Positions 1 to 10,027 of a stretch of DNA of 64,000 bases are shown piece after piece (positions within the stretch are counted from its first letter, which is position 1; the number at the start of each line of letters is the position of its first letter). Made by a program: the position numbers and the translations under genes. The DNA is from a virus (lineage: Duplodnaviria; Caudoviricetes), in the IMG/VR virus record IMGVR_UViG_3300046518_000260, positions 1-64,000 of that record; one strand, written 5' to 3'. Under the pieces are notes generated by a model, which saw nothing but the letters and a program-made list of their open reading frames with translations, searched no databases and was not told the DNA's origin.

Positions 1-782
1 TCCGCCTTCAAGGCTTTGCCGGTCTGCGTTTCCACCGGAGGCGTTACGACTACTACGTCATTGGTGCCTTCGATGCTCATTTCCATGCCCTCAAGGGACA
101 GGTCTTTCATGAACAACTTGATCGCATTTTTCACTTCCAGAGTGACCAAGCGAGCGTCGTTCCTTGACTTCACTATCCCGTTGGAGACAAGCATTTTCTC
201 GAATTCAGCCAGACTTTGCGGAGCATCGTCTTCGTTGCCGAGATCAGGAGCGCCCATTTCGGAATACTCAGGGTTTTCCGACTTGTAGAACTCCATAACG
301 CATTCGTCGTTCGCAGGGAACGGAACAATGGATACCTCAAACAAGTCACCCTTGACAAGTTCGAAATAGTCTTGATTGTTACCATCCTGCCGAATGTTGT
401 ATTCTTTGAGAAAGAAACCGATCGAAAAGCTCAAGCCGCCTGCCGACTTAATTGCCTCATGCATATCGGCGGCGTAGCTGATTGCAAGGTTCAGCTGTGC
501 TTCGATCCATAGGCGACCATTACGGGTCTCCAAAACTTTGATCGCGCCAGCTACCGACTTCCAATCATGATTGATCAGAAGCTTGATGCCCTTTGGACCT
601 TGCAGCCCGCGCGACTGAATTGCTTCATCGAACGCGCCCGGCAGGACAACGTCCCGGTAGCTGTCCAATCCCGGCGTCGACGCCCAACCGGCAATATAGC
701 CTTCAGGGATATCATCCCCAAGGGCTTTCTTGACGGCTTCAAGTTCTGCAGCTGTCGCTTTTTCAAGCTTCAGCTCAAGCAT
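1..782 (-). CDS. HK97-family prohead protease (C-terminus runs off window start)
   Basis: Manual translation from ATG 782, just after the portal stop: MLELKLEKA...GYIAGWAST...DSYRDVVLPGAF...LLINHDW...GLSFSIGF...LFEVSIVPFPAN. Missing from the ORF track because it is open at the edge. Confidence 0.9.
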   Translation of the reverse strand, partial: MLELKLEKATAAELEAVKKALGDDIPEGYIAGWASTPGLDSYRDVVLPGAFDEAIQSRGLQGPKGIKLLINHDWKSVAGAIKVLETRNGRLWIEAQLNLAISYAADMHEAIKSAGGLSFSIGFFLKEYNIRQDGNNQDYFELVKGDLFEVSIVPFPANDECVMEFYKSENPEYSEMGAPDLGNEDDAPQSLAEFEKMLVSNGIVKSRNDARLVTLEVKNAIKLFMKDLSLEGMEMSIEGTNDVVVVTPPVETQTGKALKA

Positions 783-783
783 C

Positions 784-2082
784 TTAGCTTGAGGGCGTTG
801 GTTTGTCGGTGCCCGTTTGAGACGGAGCTGGGATTGGTTTCGCATCTTTATACTTCTCCGCTGATGCGGGGAACCCGCATAGAATTCTCTTCTCTTGGTC
901 TGTAAGGAATGTCACACCCTGCAAGGTTTTCGCCTTGTTGGCGCGTGCGTCCGCCAGACCGGTAATCGTGTCGTAGTCGAACCTGATGCGGCAACCTGCC
1001 GTGCACAAGGCTTCCGTCAACGCATCCGCGATCGGTCCCAAGTAGTTAGGGATGATCGTGTCCTCGAAGAACGACCGTCGCGAGCTTTCGTAGTTACCCG
1101 CGAACTTGGCAGCGTCAGAAGAACCGATGCCCGCGAGCGCGACTGGAATGCCCCAATTGGAGTAAATAAGTCGCTGCATATCATCCATCGGGATTTTCGT
1201 ATGGATGTCAGTCATGCCGTTGTCGAGCTTGTCGACTTTAATGCTGGTGTTCGCCAGGAAAAGAATGCTTCCGCTCTCTTCGTTGCCAACCTTGCGATCT
1301 TCAAACTCTTCTTCGATCTCGTCCTGCTGATCGCTGTCAAGTGTCTTTTCACCTGAAATGACATACTTGATGTTCGGGTGGCCGGAAGCGGTATCAGCTG
1401 CCCGCTGCAACAACAGTTTCGAGATCTGTGAAGGTAGACCGATTGCGTTAAGGGGAGTATTGTTCCCCTTGCGCATGTAGCCGTTGTTGATTATTCCTTC
1501 GAGGTCGGGTGTGATGTATTCGTACCCGAACGGGGATGTGAAAGTTCCATCAAATTTTGGGTCGACCTTACGGCGCGGTGGTAGATTTTCTTCGCCGTTG
1601 GGACCATATTCGTAGTGGTCGACAATACCGTTCTTTGCGATGATGGTTTTGAAGCATCCTTGGGATAAGGGGTAAATCGCATTTGGACCTCCTGTGGTCA
1701 GCGAACCAACCTTGATCGCAAAACGACCGAATGCCGCTTTGTTCATACCAAGCCAGTAGCGCAGCTGTGATGCTGACATTCCATCATTCGGATGATCAAG
1801 TACATCCTGAATGATCTTCATTTTCTTCTTGTCAGCAGTTTCTTTCGAATTGGGGTCTTGCTCAACATACCAAGTGACATCCTGACAAGCAAGAGCGATC
1901 TTGTGCATGCATCGGTAAACGACAGGATGATGCAATGCATCCTTAGCGCTGACCATTTCGTGATATGTGATGCCTGACGTCCGGTAGCCACCGAAAATCT
2001 GCAACGCATATTTCGACGGGTCTTTAAGAATGTCACGGACAGGCCGGGCCTTCTGGCGGAAAAAGTCGAGAGGGCTTCTCAT
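784..2082 (-). CDS. phage portal protein (HK97-like)
   Basis: 432 aa between TerL and protease; portal-like segments (HPVVYRCMHKIA, LDHPND, WGIPVALAG, NYESSRRSFFEDTIIP). Confidence 0.9.
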   Translation of the reverse strand: MRSPLDFFRQKARPVRDILKDPSKYALQIFGGYRTSGITYHEMVSAKDALHHPVVYRCMHKIALACQDVTWYVEQDPNSKETADKKKMKIIQDVLDHPNDGMSASQLRYWLGMNKAAFGRFAIKVGSLTTGGPNAIYPLSQGCFKTIIAKNGIVDHYEYGPNGEENLPPRRKVDPKFDGTFTSPFGYEYITPDLEGIINNGYMRKGNNTPLNAIGLPSQISKLLLQRAADTASGHPNIKYVISGEKTLDSDQQDEIEEEFEDRKVGNEESGSILFLANTSIKVDKLDNGMTDIHTKIPMDDMQRLIYSNWGIPVALAGIGSSDAAKFAGNYESSRRSFFEDTIIPNYLGPIADALTEALCTAGCRIRFDYDTITGLADARANKAKTLQGVTFLTDQEKRILCGFPASAEKYKDAKPIPAPSQTGTDKPTPSS

Positions 2083-3284
2083 TAAAATTTAAACCTCTTG
2101 ATGAAAGTTTTTCCGCTACCGCGTACTTCTTCCGTTGCATACCGAATAGCGTCCCATCCGTGGTTGTCGCTATCACAAGCAATCGGCAGTATTTTGTTCG
2201 TCAGCTTCTCGACCTGCCAACTATAAAGTCGAGCTTCGTTGTGCATATTAACGCATTCAGGAGCTATGACAATTTCATAACCCTGAAGCCAAGTGATACC
2301 GGTGCGAATACTACCGGAACCCTTCTTGGATGCAACCGTGTTGAAACCCTTTGTGCGCAGATATGCAATATCTTCCGGGCGCGAGCTGTCTGCAACGATC
2401 GGGTATTGCCGCACTTGGTTTACCGTGCGCATCATGTCAGGCAAGTCACGCAAACTGAAATTGCCGTACATTTCTTCGGCAATATAAATCTGCTTCGTCT
2501 TTTCAAATACATATAGCTTGATCAGTGCGGACGGATCACCACTGAACCCAAAGTCCATACCGAAGTGTGGGCGGTCTAGCTCTGTGACTTCAAGCCTGCC
2601 CTTGCGCCAGTTCGTAAAGATGCGTGAGCTATCCAGCTCGTCGTACTCACCAAGCCAGATGTGCTTATAGCGATTAAAGTTCGCCTTGCGCATACGCTCC
2701 ATATCGGCTGGCATGCGGGTCTGATAGAACCACGGATTGTCATTGACCGAAACTTTTTGGATGTATGAATTGACCGGAGGGTGTGCCCCACGGAACAGCT
2801 TGTCGATCGGGTCATCCGGCGAGACGGGGTTCCAGCTTGCCCAAATCTCCGCGCCGGGTTTACGAATGGTCGGCAACAGAATTTCTAGCGAAGCTTCCGA
2901 AACGTTACGGGCTTCTTCTATCCAGAAAATATCAACGTCATCGAGAGACTTGATGCTTTCCTTGTTGCGCTCAAGACCGACGAACGTGAAGCGCGAACCG
3001 TTGCGCTTGTGAACTATCTCGTTGTGCGTGATCGTGAATTCTTTTTCAAGCCCCAGGAACTTGATGCGGTTTTCGATGGTGGACTTGGAGCTGTCCCTGA
3101 TCGAGTTCTGGAACTGACGACCGCAGACGATACGGGTCGAGCGCGCGTTTGCAATGATAACAAGTGCCGTGGCGATGCCGTATGATTTGGCCGTGCCACG
3201 ACCGCCGTAAAGCGCCTTATAGGAATAAGGTTGCAGGAGCGGCCCGAATGCCTCGCCGAGAGGAACACTTAAGACCGCACCCAT
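2082..3284 (-). CDS. terL: terminase large subunit (PBSX-like)
   Basis: YGGRGTAKS Walker A, FWIEEA Walker B, GMDFGFSGDP and DNHGWDAIRY nuclease motifs. Confidence 0.95.
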   Translation of the reverse strand: MGAVLSVPLGEAFGPLLQPYSYKALYGGRGTAKSYGIATALVIIANARSTRIVCGRQFQNSIRDSSKSTIENRIKFLGLEKEFTITHNEIVHKRNGSRFTFVGLERNKESIKSLDDVDIFWIEEARNVSEASLEILLPTIRKPGAEIWASWNPVSPDDPIDKLFRGAHPPVNSYIQKVSVNDNPWFYQTRMPADMERMRKANFNRYKHIWLGEYDELDSSRIFTNWRKGRLEVTELDRPHFGMDFGFSGDPSALIKLYVFEKTKQIYIAEEMYGNFSLRDLPDMMRTVNQVRQYPIVADSSRPEDIAYLRTKGFNTVASKKGSGSIRTGITWLQGYEIVIAPECVNMHNEARLYSWQVEKLTNKILPIACDSDNHGWDAIRYATEEVRGSGKTFIKRFKF

Positions 3285-3287
3285 TTA

Positions 3288-3464
3288 TCAGACCTTCGTG
3301 CGCTGAGCAGAAGAGTTTGGATTGCTGGCAACAGGGGTCTGTGCACGCGACACAATTGACTGACTGTCGACAATGGTCGAGGTCGGAGCGCTGCGTTGCG
3401 TCCCGGAATTACGACTGACTACATTGCTGCTCACGCGGGCTTTTCCGCAAGAGGAACATGCCAT
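3288..3464 (-). CDS. small CxxC protein, 58 aa
   Basis: GGAGA SD before ATG 3464; MACSSCGK start; stop 3 nt before terL. Confidence 0.6.
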   Translation of the reverse strand: MACSSCGKARVSSNVVSRNSGTQRSAPTSTIVDSQSIVSRAQTPVASNPNSSAQRTKV

Positions 3465-3481
3465 GTTATTCTCCTTTTCGA

Positions 3482-3733
3482 TTATGTAAGGATAAGTATC
3501 ACGACCATCGGTATCAGCGCAAGCAGAAAACCGAATGTCGCACCGCGCCAAAAGAAACAGATTGGGCAGAACGGTTCTAGCCAGAACAACTCGGCGAAGA
3601 GCGTCCAGCGCGAATTGCGGGGGAGTTCATATCCCATGAGCGCGGTCTCGAAGACCCAATCAATGAGTTTGCGAACACTCTCCCGAATGCGCTTCCATTT
3701 CCGGGCTTTCCGGATGCGCTCGATGGTGTTCAT
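3482..3733 (-). CDS. small membrane protein
   Basis: 83 aa, basic N-terminus, hydrophobic C-terminal helix; overlaps upstream gene (ATGA-type). Confidence 0.6.
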   Translation of the reverse strand: MNTIERIRKARKWKRIRESVRKLIDWVFETALMGYELPRNSRWTLFAELFWLEPFCPICFFWRGATFGFLLALIPMVVILILT

Positions 3734-4014
3734 TGTGAAGCCTTAGCCCGCTCGATCATTGCTGAGATGCGGGCTGAGTTCGCGTTGAAGCGTGCCAGCT
3801 TCTTGCGGATCAAATTGATGCGTGACATGTACATCCGCATCTGTGCGCGGGAAATGTCTTTCTTGCCGGTAGCCATGGCCTCAGCTCGTTTCTCGTCGAT
3901 CTGAGCTGACATTTTCTTCAGGTCGTCCAGAAAGCCTTGCACGACAGAATACCTGTCAGCGTGCTTGACTTCGTTCTTTTCTTCCAACTTTGCGAGTGTG
4001 CCGTTCTCGTTCAT
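3730..4014 (-). CDS. hypothetical coiled-coil protein
   Basis: 94 aa, GGAG SD, in operon. Confidence 0.65.
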   Translation of the reverse strand: MNENGTLAKLEEKNEVKHADRYSVVQGFLDDLKKMSAQIDEKRAEAMATGKKDISRAQMRMYMSRINLIRKKLARFNANSARISAMIERAKASQ

Positions 4015-4023
4015 TGGTAGCTC

Positions 4024-4365
4024 CTATTTCATGTTACGTAGGTCGCGGAGATACTCGCGAACCTCTATACGGGTTTCGCGGAGCATGTCCTTAATGTCAC
4101 TCTTTATCTCACGCAGGCTGTCATGAAAACCTTCAATTGCAGCGACTTGCTCTAAAGTAGCCTTGGTGTTTTCATTGAAAGCGTGGACGATCTCGTCAGC
4201 CTTCTTATTGCTTATCAGCGCCGCTGCTACTTCAAAAGTCTCATTGAAATTGCTGCCACGGTTACGAGGATTGCGGCCCTTCGAAATCCCGAAGAAAGAA
4301 GCGATACCGCCAACAAGGATCAAAAGCGCTGTGGCGGTATCTTGAAGAGTGAAGGGCCATGCCAT
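4024..4365 (-). CDS. N-terminal TM + coiled-coil protein (holin/antiholin-like candidate)
   Basis: ALLILVGGIASFFGI TM followed by charged helix. Confidence 0.55.
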   Translation of the reverse strand: MAWPFTLQDTATALLILVGGIASFFGISKGRNPRNRGSNFNETFEVAAALISNKKADEIVHAFNENTKATLEQVAAIEGFHDSLREIKSDIKDMLRETRIEVREYLRDLRNMK

Positions 4366-4368
4366 TTA

Positions 4369-4812
4369 TTAGGGCTTTCTAAGCACGTCTGACCATGACC
4401 TATATATGTTCAGCGTTTCCATTAAAACAAGTGTCGAGTAAGCAACGGGAAATGACCACGACCCAATGCCATTGTAGGCCGAACCCAGGAAACCGATGCA
4501 GAAAAAGCCCCAAAAGGCGAGACCGCAGTAAGAAGCAGTGACGCGCATGTGGGGCGAATATTTGAAACCTTGAAATGTCCCGTTGACTACGAGTGCGATA
4601 AGCCGCACGAGCGCAACGAGTAGAAGCCAGATCGCCCAGCCGGGCTGTGTTGCCCAACTCTGCAGAATTCGAAACGACGGACTGTCAATGAACATATCCC
4701 GTTGATATATCAACGCCGCTGCGAGTAGGATGGAGGGCCAAACCATCAACCATTCTGTTGCCCGAATTTGCCAGTGCTGCTTAACGCCATTGTAGACGCG
4801 GAGGACGATCAT
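4369..4812 (-). CDS. multi-TM protein, holin candidate
   Basis: About 4 hydrophobic segments; GGAG SD 6 nt before ATG 4812 (MIVLRV). Confidence 0.55.
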   Translation of the reverse strand: MIVLRVYNGVKQHWQIRATEWLMVWPSILLAAALIYQRDMFIDSPSFRILQSWATQPGWAIWLLLVALVRLIALVVNGTFQGFKYSPHMRVTASYCGLAFWGFFCIGFLGSAYNGIGSWSFPVAYSTLVLMETLNIYRSWSDVLRKP

Positions 4813-4816
4813 GCTA

Positions 4817-4836
4817 AGCTCCAAGGGGTTGGAGCT
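4817..4836 (-). promoter_or_regulatory. hairpin occluding the SD of the holin-like gene
   Basis: mRNA AGCUCCAA-CCCC-UUGGAGCU, 8-bp stem; GGAG SD lies in the 3' arm. Confidence 0.55.
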
Positions 4837-4907
4837 CTGTAAATCGGAATGTTGCCCGTTACGCCAGTCACGCTGATCTGAACACGACAAATGGATCACC
4901 CTTCAAC

Positions 4908-5933
4908 CTAGACGATCGCAAATGTCACACCCGCTGGTTTCCCTGAAGCGTGGTCAGCTTTAACGTAGCTGATGCCGCCGTCTCTGGAAAGGTAGCCAGT
5001 GTTCAGTTCACCGTCAATGGCAACATAAATGGTATTGCCTTCAATTGCAACATGTCGATTGACAGAGCCTGTGGTTTGTAGAAAACCGGTCGCATCTTGC
5101 CATGACGTTCCGCCGTCGTCAGAAAACATTGCAAACCGGGTTGATCCGAATAGGATCATTTTGTCGCCGTCAATATCATCATGAACGGCGTAAGCAGCAT
5201 TCTGCCCTTGAATTACATCAGGGCCTGAAGTTGTCAGAACGGTCCATGTGCCGCTGGTGCCGGTAGCGCTTTGGTATACCGTCGTACCGCCCGCTTTAAA
5301 ACCCAGATACCGTGCGCTCACAGCATCCCAGACCACATTTAGCTGTCCGCCTGTGATACCGGAAGCGACAGTAGTGACCGCAAGCGCACCATGCGTCGGG
5401 TCGGCAACCGAACCAGTTATCAGGAACATATTGTTCCCGTTGCCTTCATAGGCAAGCGACATCCGCCCGTTTGGGTCAACTGACGACTGCATGGCTATCC
5501 CGAACAAGCGTCCATGGCCTGCATCGAGAACATTCGACCATACTTTTCCGTCCAGCGACTGAGCGACAATATATGTGCCGCCGGAATTGCCCGGCTCATC
5601 AAAAGCGATAAACCTGCCCCAATACTCAATCCATTCGATGCGGGTGCACTTGAGCGTTGGCGCTGAAACGATGTTCCATGTACTGCCCAAGTCTTCGCTC
5701 CAAAGGAATTCCTTGCCTGCGACAGTAGTGCAGCCGACCAGGATGCCTAGCGATGTGCTATAGGCAATCCCTTTGTGGTTTAGGAAAGGATCGTTCTTGG
5801 TAGCGATCGTAACGTCTGGTGGAATGTCATCCACAGGCGCAGTGAAACCGTTGCCAACGACAATAAACGTAGGCAATGAGTTTTGGCCGCTTGGGTGAAT
5901 GACCAGCGGCATATGTTTTGTAGAGAAATTCAT
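4908..5933 (-). CDS. Asp-box/BNR beta-propeller protein (virion/receptor-binding candidate)
   Basis: SxDxGxTW-like boxes: WSEDLGSTW, SLDGKVW, FSDDGGTSW, LSRDGGISY. Confidence 0.65.
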   Translation of the reverse strand: MNFSTKHMPLVIHPSGQNSLPTFIVVGNGFTAPVDDIPPDVTIATKNDPFLNHKGIAYSTSLGILVGCTTVAGKEFLWSEDLGSTWNIVSAPTLKCTRIEWIEYWGRFIAFDEPGNSGGTYIVAQSLDGKVWSNVLDAGHGRLFGIAMQSSVDPNGRMSLAYEGNGNNMFLITGSVADPTHGALAVTTVASGITGGQLNVVWDAVSARYLGFKAGGTTVYQSATGTSGTWTVLTTSGPDVIQGQNAAYAVHDDIDGDKMILFGSTRFAMFSDDGGTSWQDATGFLQTTGSVNRHVAIEGNTIYVAIDGELNTGYLSRDGGISYVKADHASGKPAGVTFAIV

Positions 5934-5940
5934 GATAGCC

Positions 5941-8073
5941 TCAAGGCTGGAGAATGATGAATGTCAGTCTCGAGCTTGCCTGATTTTCACCAGTCAGCGT
6001 CGTGCCGTATCTGCCGTAAGTGAACTTGATATCCATGTTACGTTGAGCCTCTATTTCTAGATCGAACGCATATGCGCCGTAAGACCATTCGATTGCGCCA
6101 CCATGCTGAGCGTCGCCAGTCAGCTCCATGCCATAGGCGCCATACGTCATGTCAATTTCATCAGACTTGGCAATTTTCAACTGCATGACATAGGCAGCAT
6201 ATGCAAAATCAATGAATGAACCAATTTGCGATGTGCCAGTCAGGTCCATATCGTAGTTGCCATACGACCACGCAATGGTCAATGGCTTCTGCACGTCGGC
6301 CTCCAGCTCAAAGGCGTATGAGCCGTACGACCAGTCTATAGTGCCGCCGCTTGGCGCATCAAGCTCCCATTCCATCGTGAACGGGCTATAGTTGAAATTG
6401 ACAAACGTGCCGAACTTATTGCTAAGCTCCATGTTGAAGATATAGCCACCATATGACCAAGCAATGTTGGAAGGTAGGGCTGGAGTGCCAAGATCTATCT
6501 CGAATGAATATGGCTGATACGACCAAGCAATATCACCGTCGATTGGCCCCAAGATGGACATCCGGTACGGCTGATAAGACCATGCAATGTCTACTGGATC
6601 GATATAACCAAGTGTGATTGCCATCTGCAATGGCTGATAAGACCATGCAATGTTAGTCAGATCTTTCTCTTTGATCAACAGATCTATTGCGAAATCATAG
6701 GTGCCGTATGACCATGCGATAACAGCGAATTCGTCCTGTTCTTCTGTGAGCGTTACGCCGTCTGATGTCAGCGATATGGCCGGGCCACGGAACATCGTTG
6801 GTACTGCGTCAGGATAATCCTGAACGAATTGCAGCATACCGACATTCATCGCCAGTGGGCCATATGACCATGCGACCTGCGCGCCTATCTGCGCAGTGCC
6901 GGTAATGTCCATATCATAACTGCCGTATGACCATGCGACCGACACCTCTGGCATACTGTATCCAGAGATATCCATGTCGTATGAACCATACGACCAAGCA
7001 ACCGACATTTGTGGAGTGATATAGCCGGTAATGCCCATGGTGAGGGCACCGTACGACCATGCAATCGTTGCTTCGTCAATGTCTGTCGTGACGACTACAG
7101 AATAAACGACGATGCCAGCGCCGCCTTGGTTGATCATGAATGTATTGCGGTCGGAGCTAACCTTAATCGTGCGAGCAGAGACCGCCGTATAACCGGTACT
7201 GTCGGTAACTTCGGTATATGTGTCTGTCAGCCCTGTGCGTTTATACAACCGCCAGTCAAACGCGCCCGTCGTCGTCGCAACAAATATGAAGTCGGCACCG
7301 ATGTAACTCATCGCGCCGATCGTGCCAGAAACCGGGTTTGTTATGGTCGAGCTGATGTCAGATACTGTCGTAGTGGTAAGAAATTTCAACAGTTTTAGAT
7401 TGTTAATAAATGACGTGCAAAGATGCAAGCCGTCGCTTGAAACGGCGACGCGGGCATAGCTGCCGGTCGTGAATAGATCAGTGACGACCCAAGTGCTTAC
7501 AGGTCGTCTTATGATTTTCAGACCAGTGGTATGACCGACGACAACCATCAAGCTATCAGGTGACCAGCAAGCATCGTTAGGTGTGCCTGAAGTAACAGCC
7601 TGGAATAGTGTAGTGTTCGGGGTGAAGCTCGCACCCGTGCCGGTAACGGTATGGATCGTCACGCCGTAAGACGGACCTGCCGAATACAGAAGGTAGAAGT
7701 ACAGACCGTTCGGGCTGAACTCGATTTTCTTTACTGCCGAACCTACGGCGAAGCTACCATTCGCTGTCCATGCGGTCGCGGCACTGGTTTTGTAGAACAT
7801 GTAGCAAGTCAGATTGATCGAGACGATCATGACCTGATTGCCAGAGCCGTCAGGGTTCTGGATGCCAATGCAAACCTTGGTCGTCGCTACGGTAGTGTAC
7901 GGTGTCAACGCTGTTGAATAATTCAGCGCACCGTCGCGCTTCGCCATGGTGTTTGATGTCGACGTACCGTTCAATCCCTCAACGAGGATGGCATCGTTCG
8001 ACATGCCACCTTCGACGTTGGAGCTAGGGTTGGCGGCAGCGACGATGCTTCTTGGGACGAACGTGAACGACAT
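5941..8073 (-). CDS. beta-propeller + 16x AWSYG-repeat fibre-like protein
   Basis: WD40-like FSPNG/WSPDS/VSSDG blades, then about 20-aa xIAWSYGxYxMxI repeats. Confidence 0.65.
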   Translation of the reverse strand: MSFTFVPRSIVAAANPSSNVEGGMSNDAILVEGLNGTSTSNTMAKRDGALNYSTALTPYTTVATTKVCIGIQNPDGSGNQVMIVSINLTCYMFYKTSAATAWTANGSFAVGSAVKKIEFSPNGLYFYLLYSAGPSYGVTIHTVTGTGASFTPNTTLFQAVTSGTPNDACWSPDSLMVVVGHTTGLKIIRRPVSTWVVTDLFTTGSYARVAVSSDGLHLCTSFINNLKLLKFLTTTTVSDISSTITNPVSGTIGAMSYIGADFIFVATTTGAFDWRLYKRTGLTDTYTEVTDSTGYTAVSARTIKVSSDRNTFMINQGGAGIVVYSVVVTTDIDEATIAWSYGALTMGITGYITPQMSVAWSYGSYDMDISGYSMPEVSVAWSYGSYDMDITGTAQIGAQVAWSYGPLAMNVGMLQFVQDYPDAVPTMFRGPAISLTSDGVTLTEEQDEFAVIAWSYGTYDFAIDLLIKEKDLTNIAWSYQPLQMAITLGYIDPVDIAWSYQPYRMSILGPIDGDIAWSYQPYSFEIDLGTPALPSNIAWSYGGYIFNMELSNKFGTFVNFNYSPFTMEWELDAPSGGTIDWSYGSYAFELEADVQKPLTIAWSYGNYDMDLTGTSQIGSFIDFAYAAYVMQLKIAKSDEIDMTYGAYGMELTGDAQHGGAIEWSYGAYAFDLEIEAQRNMDIKFTYGRYGTTLTGENQASSRLTFIILQP

Positions 8074-9519
8074 TTACAGCAACCAACGAACGAGTGCATC
8101 ACTTGCGGGAGAGATCACGGCAGTATAGTTTTCTTCTACAACGCGATCTTCCCCAAAGTCGACGAAGACAAGGGGTGTGTCGTTGGTTGCGTCATAGATC
8201 AATGCTTTGCGGAACGTGATGTTGCCACCAAAGATGATCTGTCTGGCAGGATCAGCGGTCAGGCCGACTTGGCTGGTGTTGATTGGTGCCCTGTCAACAT
8301 TTTCGAATGGTACGCCACCGACAGGCCATCCATGACCAGAGACTTCATATGCACCGGCATTGCTGACGGCGCTAGAAGTGGTGTCAGAGACCGTGAATAT
8401 GGCAGAATTGTTGAGCAACATTACCTTAATGTTGTCAGCGTCGTAAGTCGCAAGCGTGAGCGGCTCTACAGCGGCGCTGTACAGGCTGCCAAGGGGTACT
8501 GGCACGCGCTCGTGGCCTGAGACGGCCTGTACTACCACGGAAGCGGGAAGGTTTGCCATAAGGGCGTCTGTGGCCGTGTAAGTGGCATCAGAATTGCGCT
8601 TGTAGGCTTTCTTAAGCCCGCCATCAATCAGAAAGCGACCATCGGCCGACCATTCCAGCAGCTTGCCAAAACCGGCTAGGGTATTGGTCTTCTGGAGCAT
8701 GCCGCCTTGGCGCTTGTAGATGCAAGTCGTGTATGTGCCAGCGTTGTTGAAGCTGACAGCGACGTAACGGCTATCAAAGCGGCAAGCAACATGGACGACA
8801 TCACCAACTCCTGCTTCTGTAAAGACATGTTCCTGGGTGGCGTATGTGGTAAAGTCGAGCGACCAGCATTCAATGACGCCGCCTGCTCCGCCGACAACCA
8901 TATAAACACTGTTCGGCGTGAAGTCAACGGCAAGCGGGACAATGGTCATGTCAGCCATGCTGCCGAACGTGCCAAAGACAGGGATGTCGGTCGGCAGGGT
9001 TTTGGCATTGGCCCGATACATCCGGCAGAAGCCGAGCACGGGCGCTGCGCCGAGCAAGAAGTTTTCGTCGGCAGTCATACCAACGCACGGTGCGTCAGAG
9101 AACCATGGCCCGGAGCCTTGGTTAGTGAACACGTCAGCGTTGAAAGATTTCCAGCTATTGCCAGACGAGGCTGTGCCGGTAATGCAGATCGTGCCGAGGA
9201 TATTATTGATCTCGCTCAGGAACGATTTGAAATTGCCGTTGCTGATCGCCCCAAAGCTGACGTCTGCCGTGGCGATAGCATCGAGCGAATAGGCCGTCAT
9301 TTTAGACTGACCAGAAACAGCAGTGTTCTGCCTTGTCGCCAAAACGCGATCGCCCTCCTTGGTAAATCCAAGGAAGGGCAATTCAAGCGCAGCCAAGACA
9401 TGAGTTAACGCGCCGGAGCCGACCTGCACGAAAGCGCTTTCGTCAGTCGCTAGTTCGAAGATGCGGAGCGTATTGTCCCCGACCGTCCAAACGGCGAGAC
9501 GTGGATTTCCTTGCAGCAC
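8074..9519 (-). CDS. WD40-like propeller fused to phage virion beta-sandwich domain
   Basis: GTG start with GAGG SD; DFTPNS, CRFDSR, WSADGR blades; C-terminal DNIKVMLL...EVSGHGW...ALIYD...VFVDFG resembles a common phage structural domain. Confidence 0.6.
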   Translation of the reverse strand: MLQGNPRLAVWTVGDNTLRIFELATDESAFVQVGSGALTHVLAALELPFLGFTKEGDRVLATRQNTAVSGQSKMTAYSLDAIATADVSFGAISNGNFKSFLSEINNILGTICITGTASSGNSWKSFNADVFTNQGSGPWFSDAPCVGMTADENFLLGAAPVLGFCRMYRANAKTLPTDIPVFGTFGSMADMTIVPLAVDFTPNSVYMVVGGAGGVIECWSLDFTTYATQEHVFTEAGVGDVVHVACRFDSRYVAVSFNNAGTYTTCIYKRQGGMLQKTNTLAGFGKLLEWSADGRFLIDGGLKKAYKRNSDATYTATDALMANLPASVVVQAVSGHERVPVPLGSLYSAAVEPLTLATYDADNIKVMLLNNSAIFTVSDTTSSAVSNAGAYEVSGHGWPVGGVPFENVDRAPINTSQVGLTADPARQIIFGGNITFRKALIYDATNDTPLVFVDFGEDRVVEENYTAVISPASDALVRWLL

Positions 9520-9553
9520 GGTAAGTCCTCGACGTTAGAGTAAAGCCGAAGTC

Positions 9554-9979
9554 TTATTCAGGATGCGTGGCAGTCCACGAAACGATCTTGACTTCGACGC
9601 CTGCGACGATATCGACGTTGGCGAGCTTTGCATCGCCGGTGCCTGCCGTGACCGAGACGTCAAGGTCGGCGCGAGCGGTGTTGTCCTTATCGAACACACG
9701 GCCCCAAGTCGCAGTCCCGGTAGCAGCGGCAGTCGCATCAGCAACAGCGTTTGCCGTGGCCTGAGCGCCGCCTGTCACGGCGACCGAGTTTGCGAACAGC
9801 GGAGCCGGGAGCACGAATTCGACGAGCATGACCTGAGCGCCGATGGCCGTAGCGACCGAAGCCGGGCGCGCGCCGTTGTAAAGTCGAAGATGGCCCGCTG
9901 CTCCGGCGCCGAGGTCGAACTGATCGTTGATGGCGTCGCATGCGACACGAGCAGAGGCATTGTCAATCTTGACTGTCAT
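9554..9979 (-). CDS. small virion structural protein
   Basis: 141 aa; GHLRLYNGARP...GTATWGRV...DVSVTAGTGD pattern typical of phage structural proteins next to fibre genes. Confidence 0.6.
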   Translation of the reverse strand: MTVKIDNASARVACDAINDQFDLGAGAAGHLRLYNGARPASVATAIGAQVMLVEFVLPAPLFANSVAVTGGAQATANAVADATAAATGTATWGRVFDKDNTARADLDVSVTAGTGDAKLANVDIVAGVEVKIVSWTATHPE

Positions 9980-10027
9980 CGCGTGACCTTTCCGTCAACT
10001 GGTCAATTATCATTGAGTGCCCGCATA

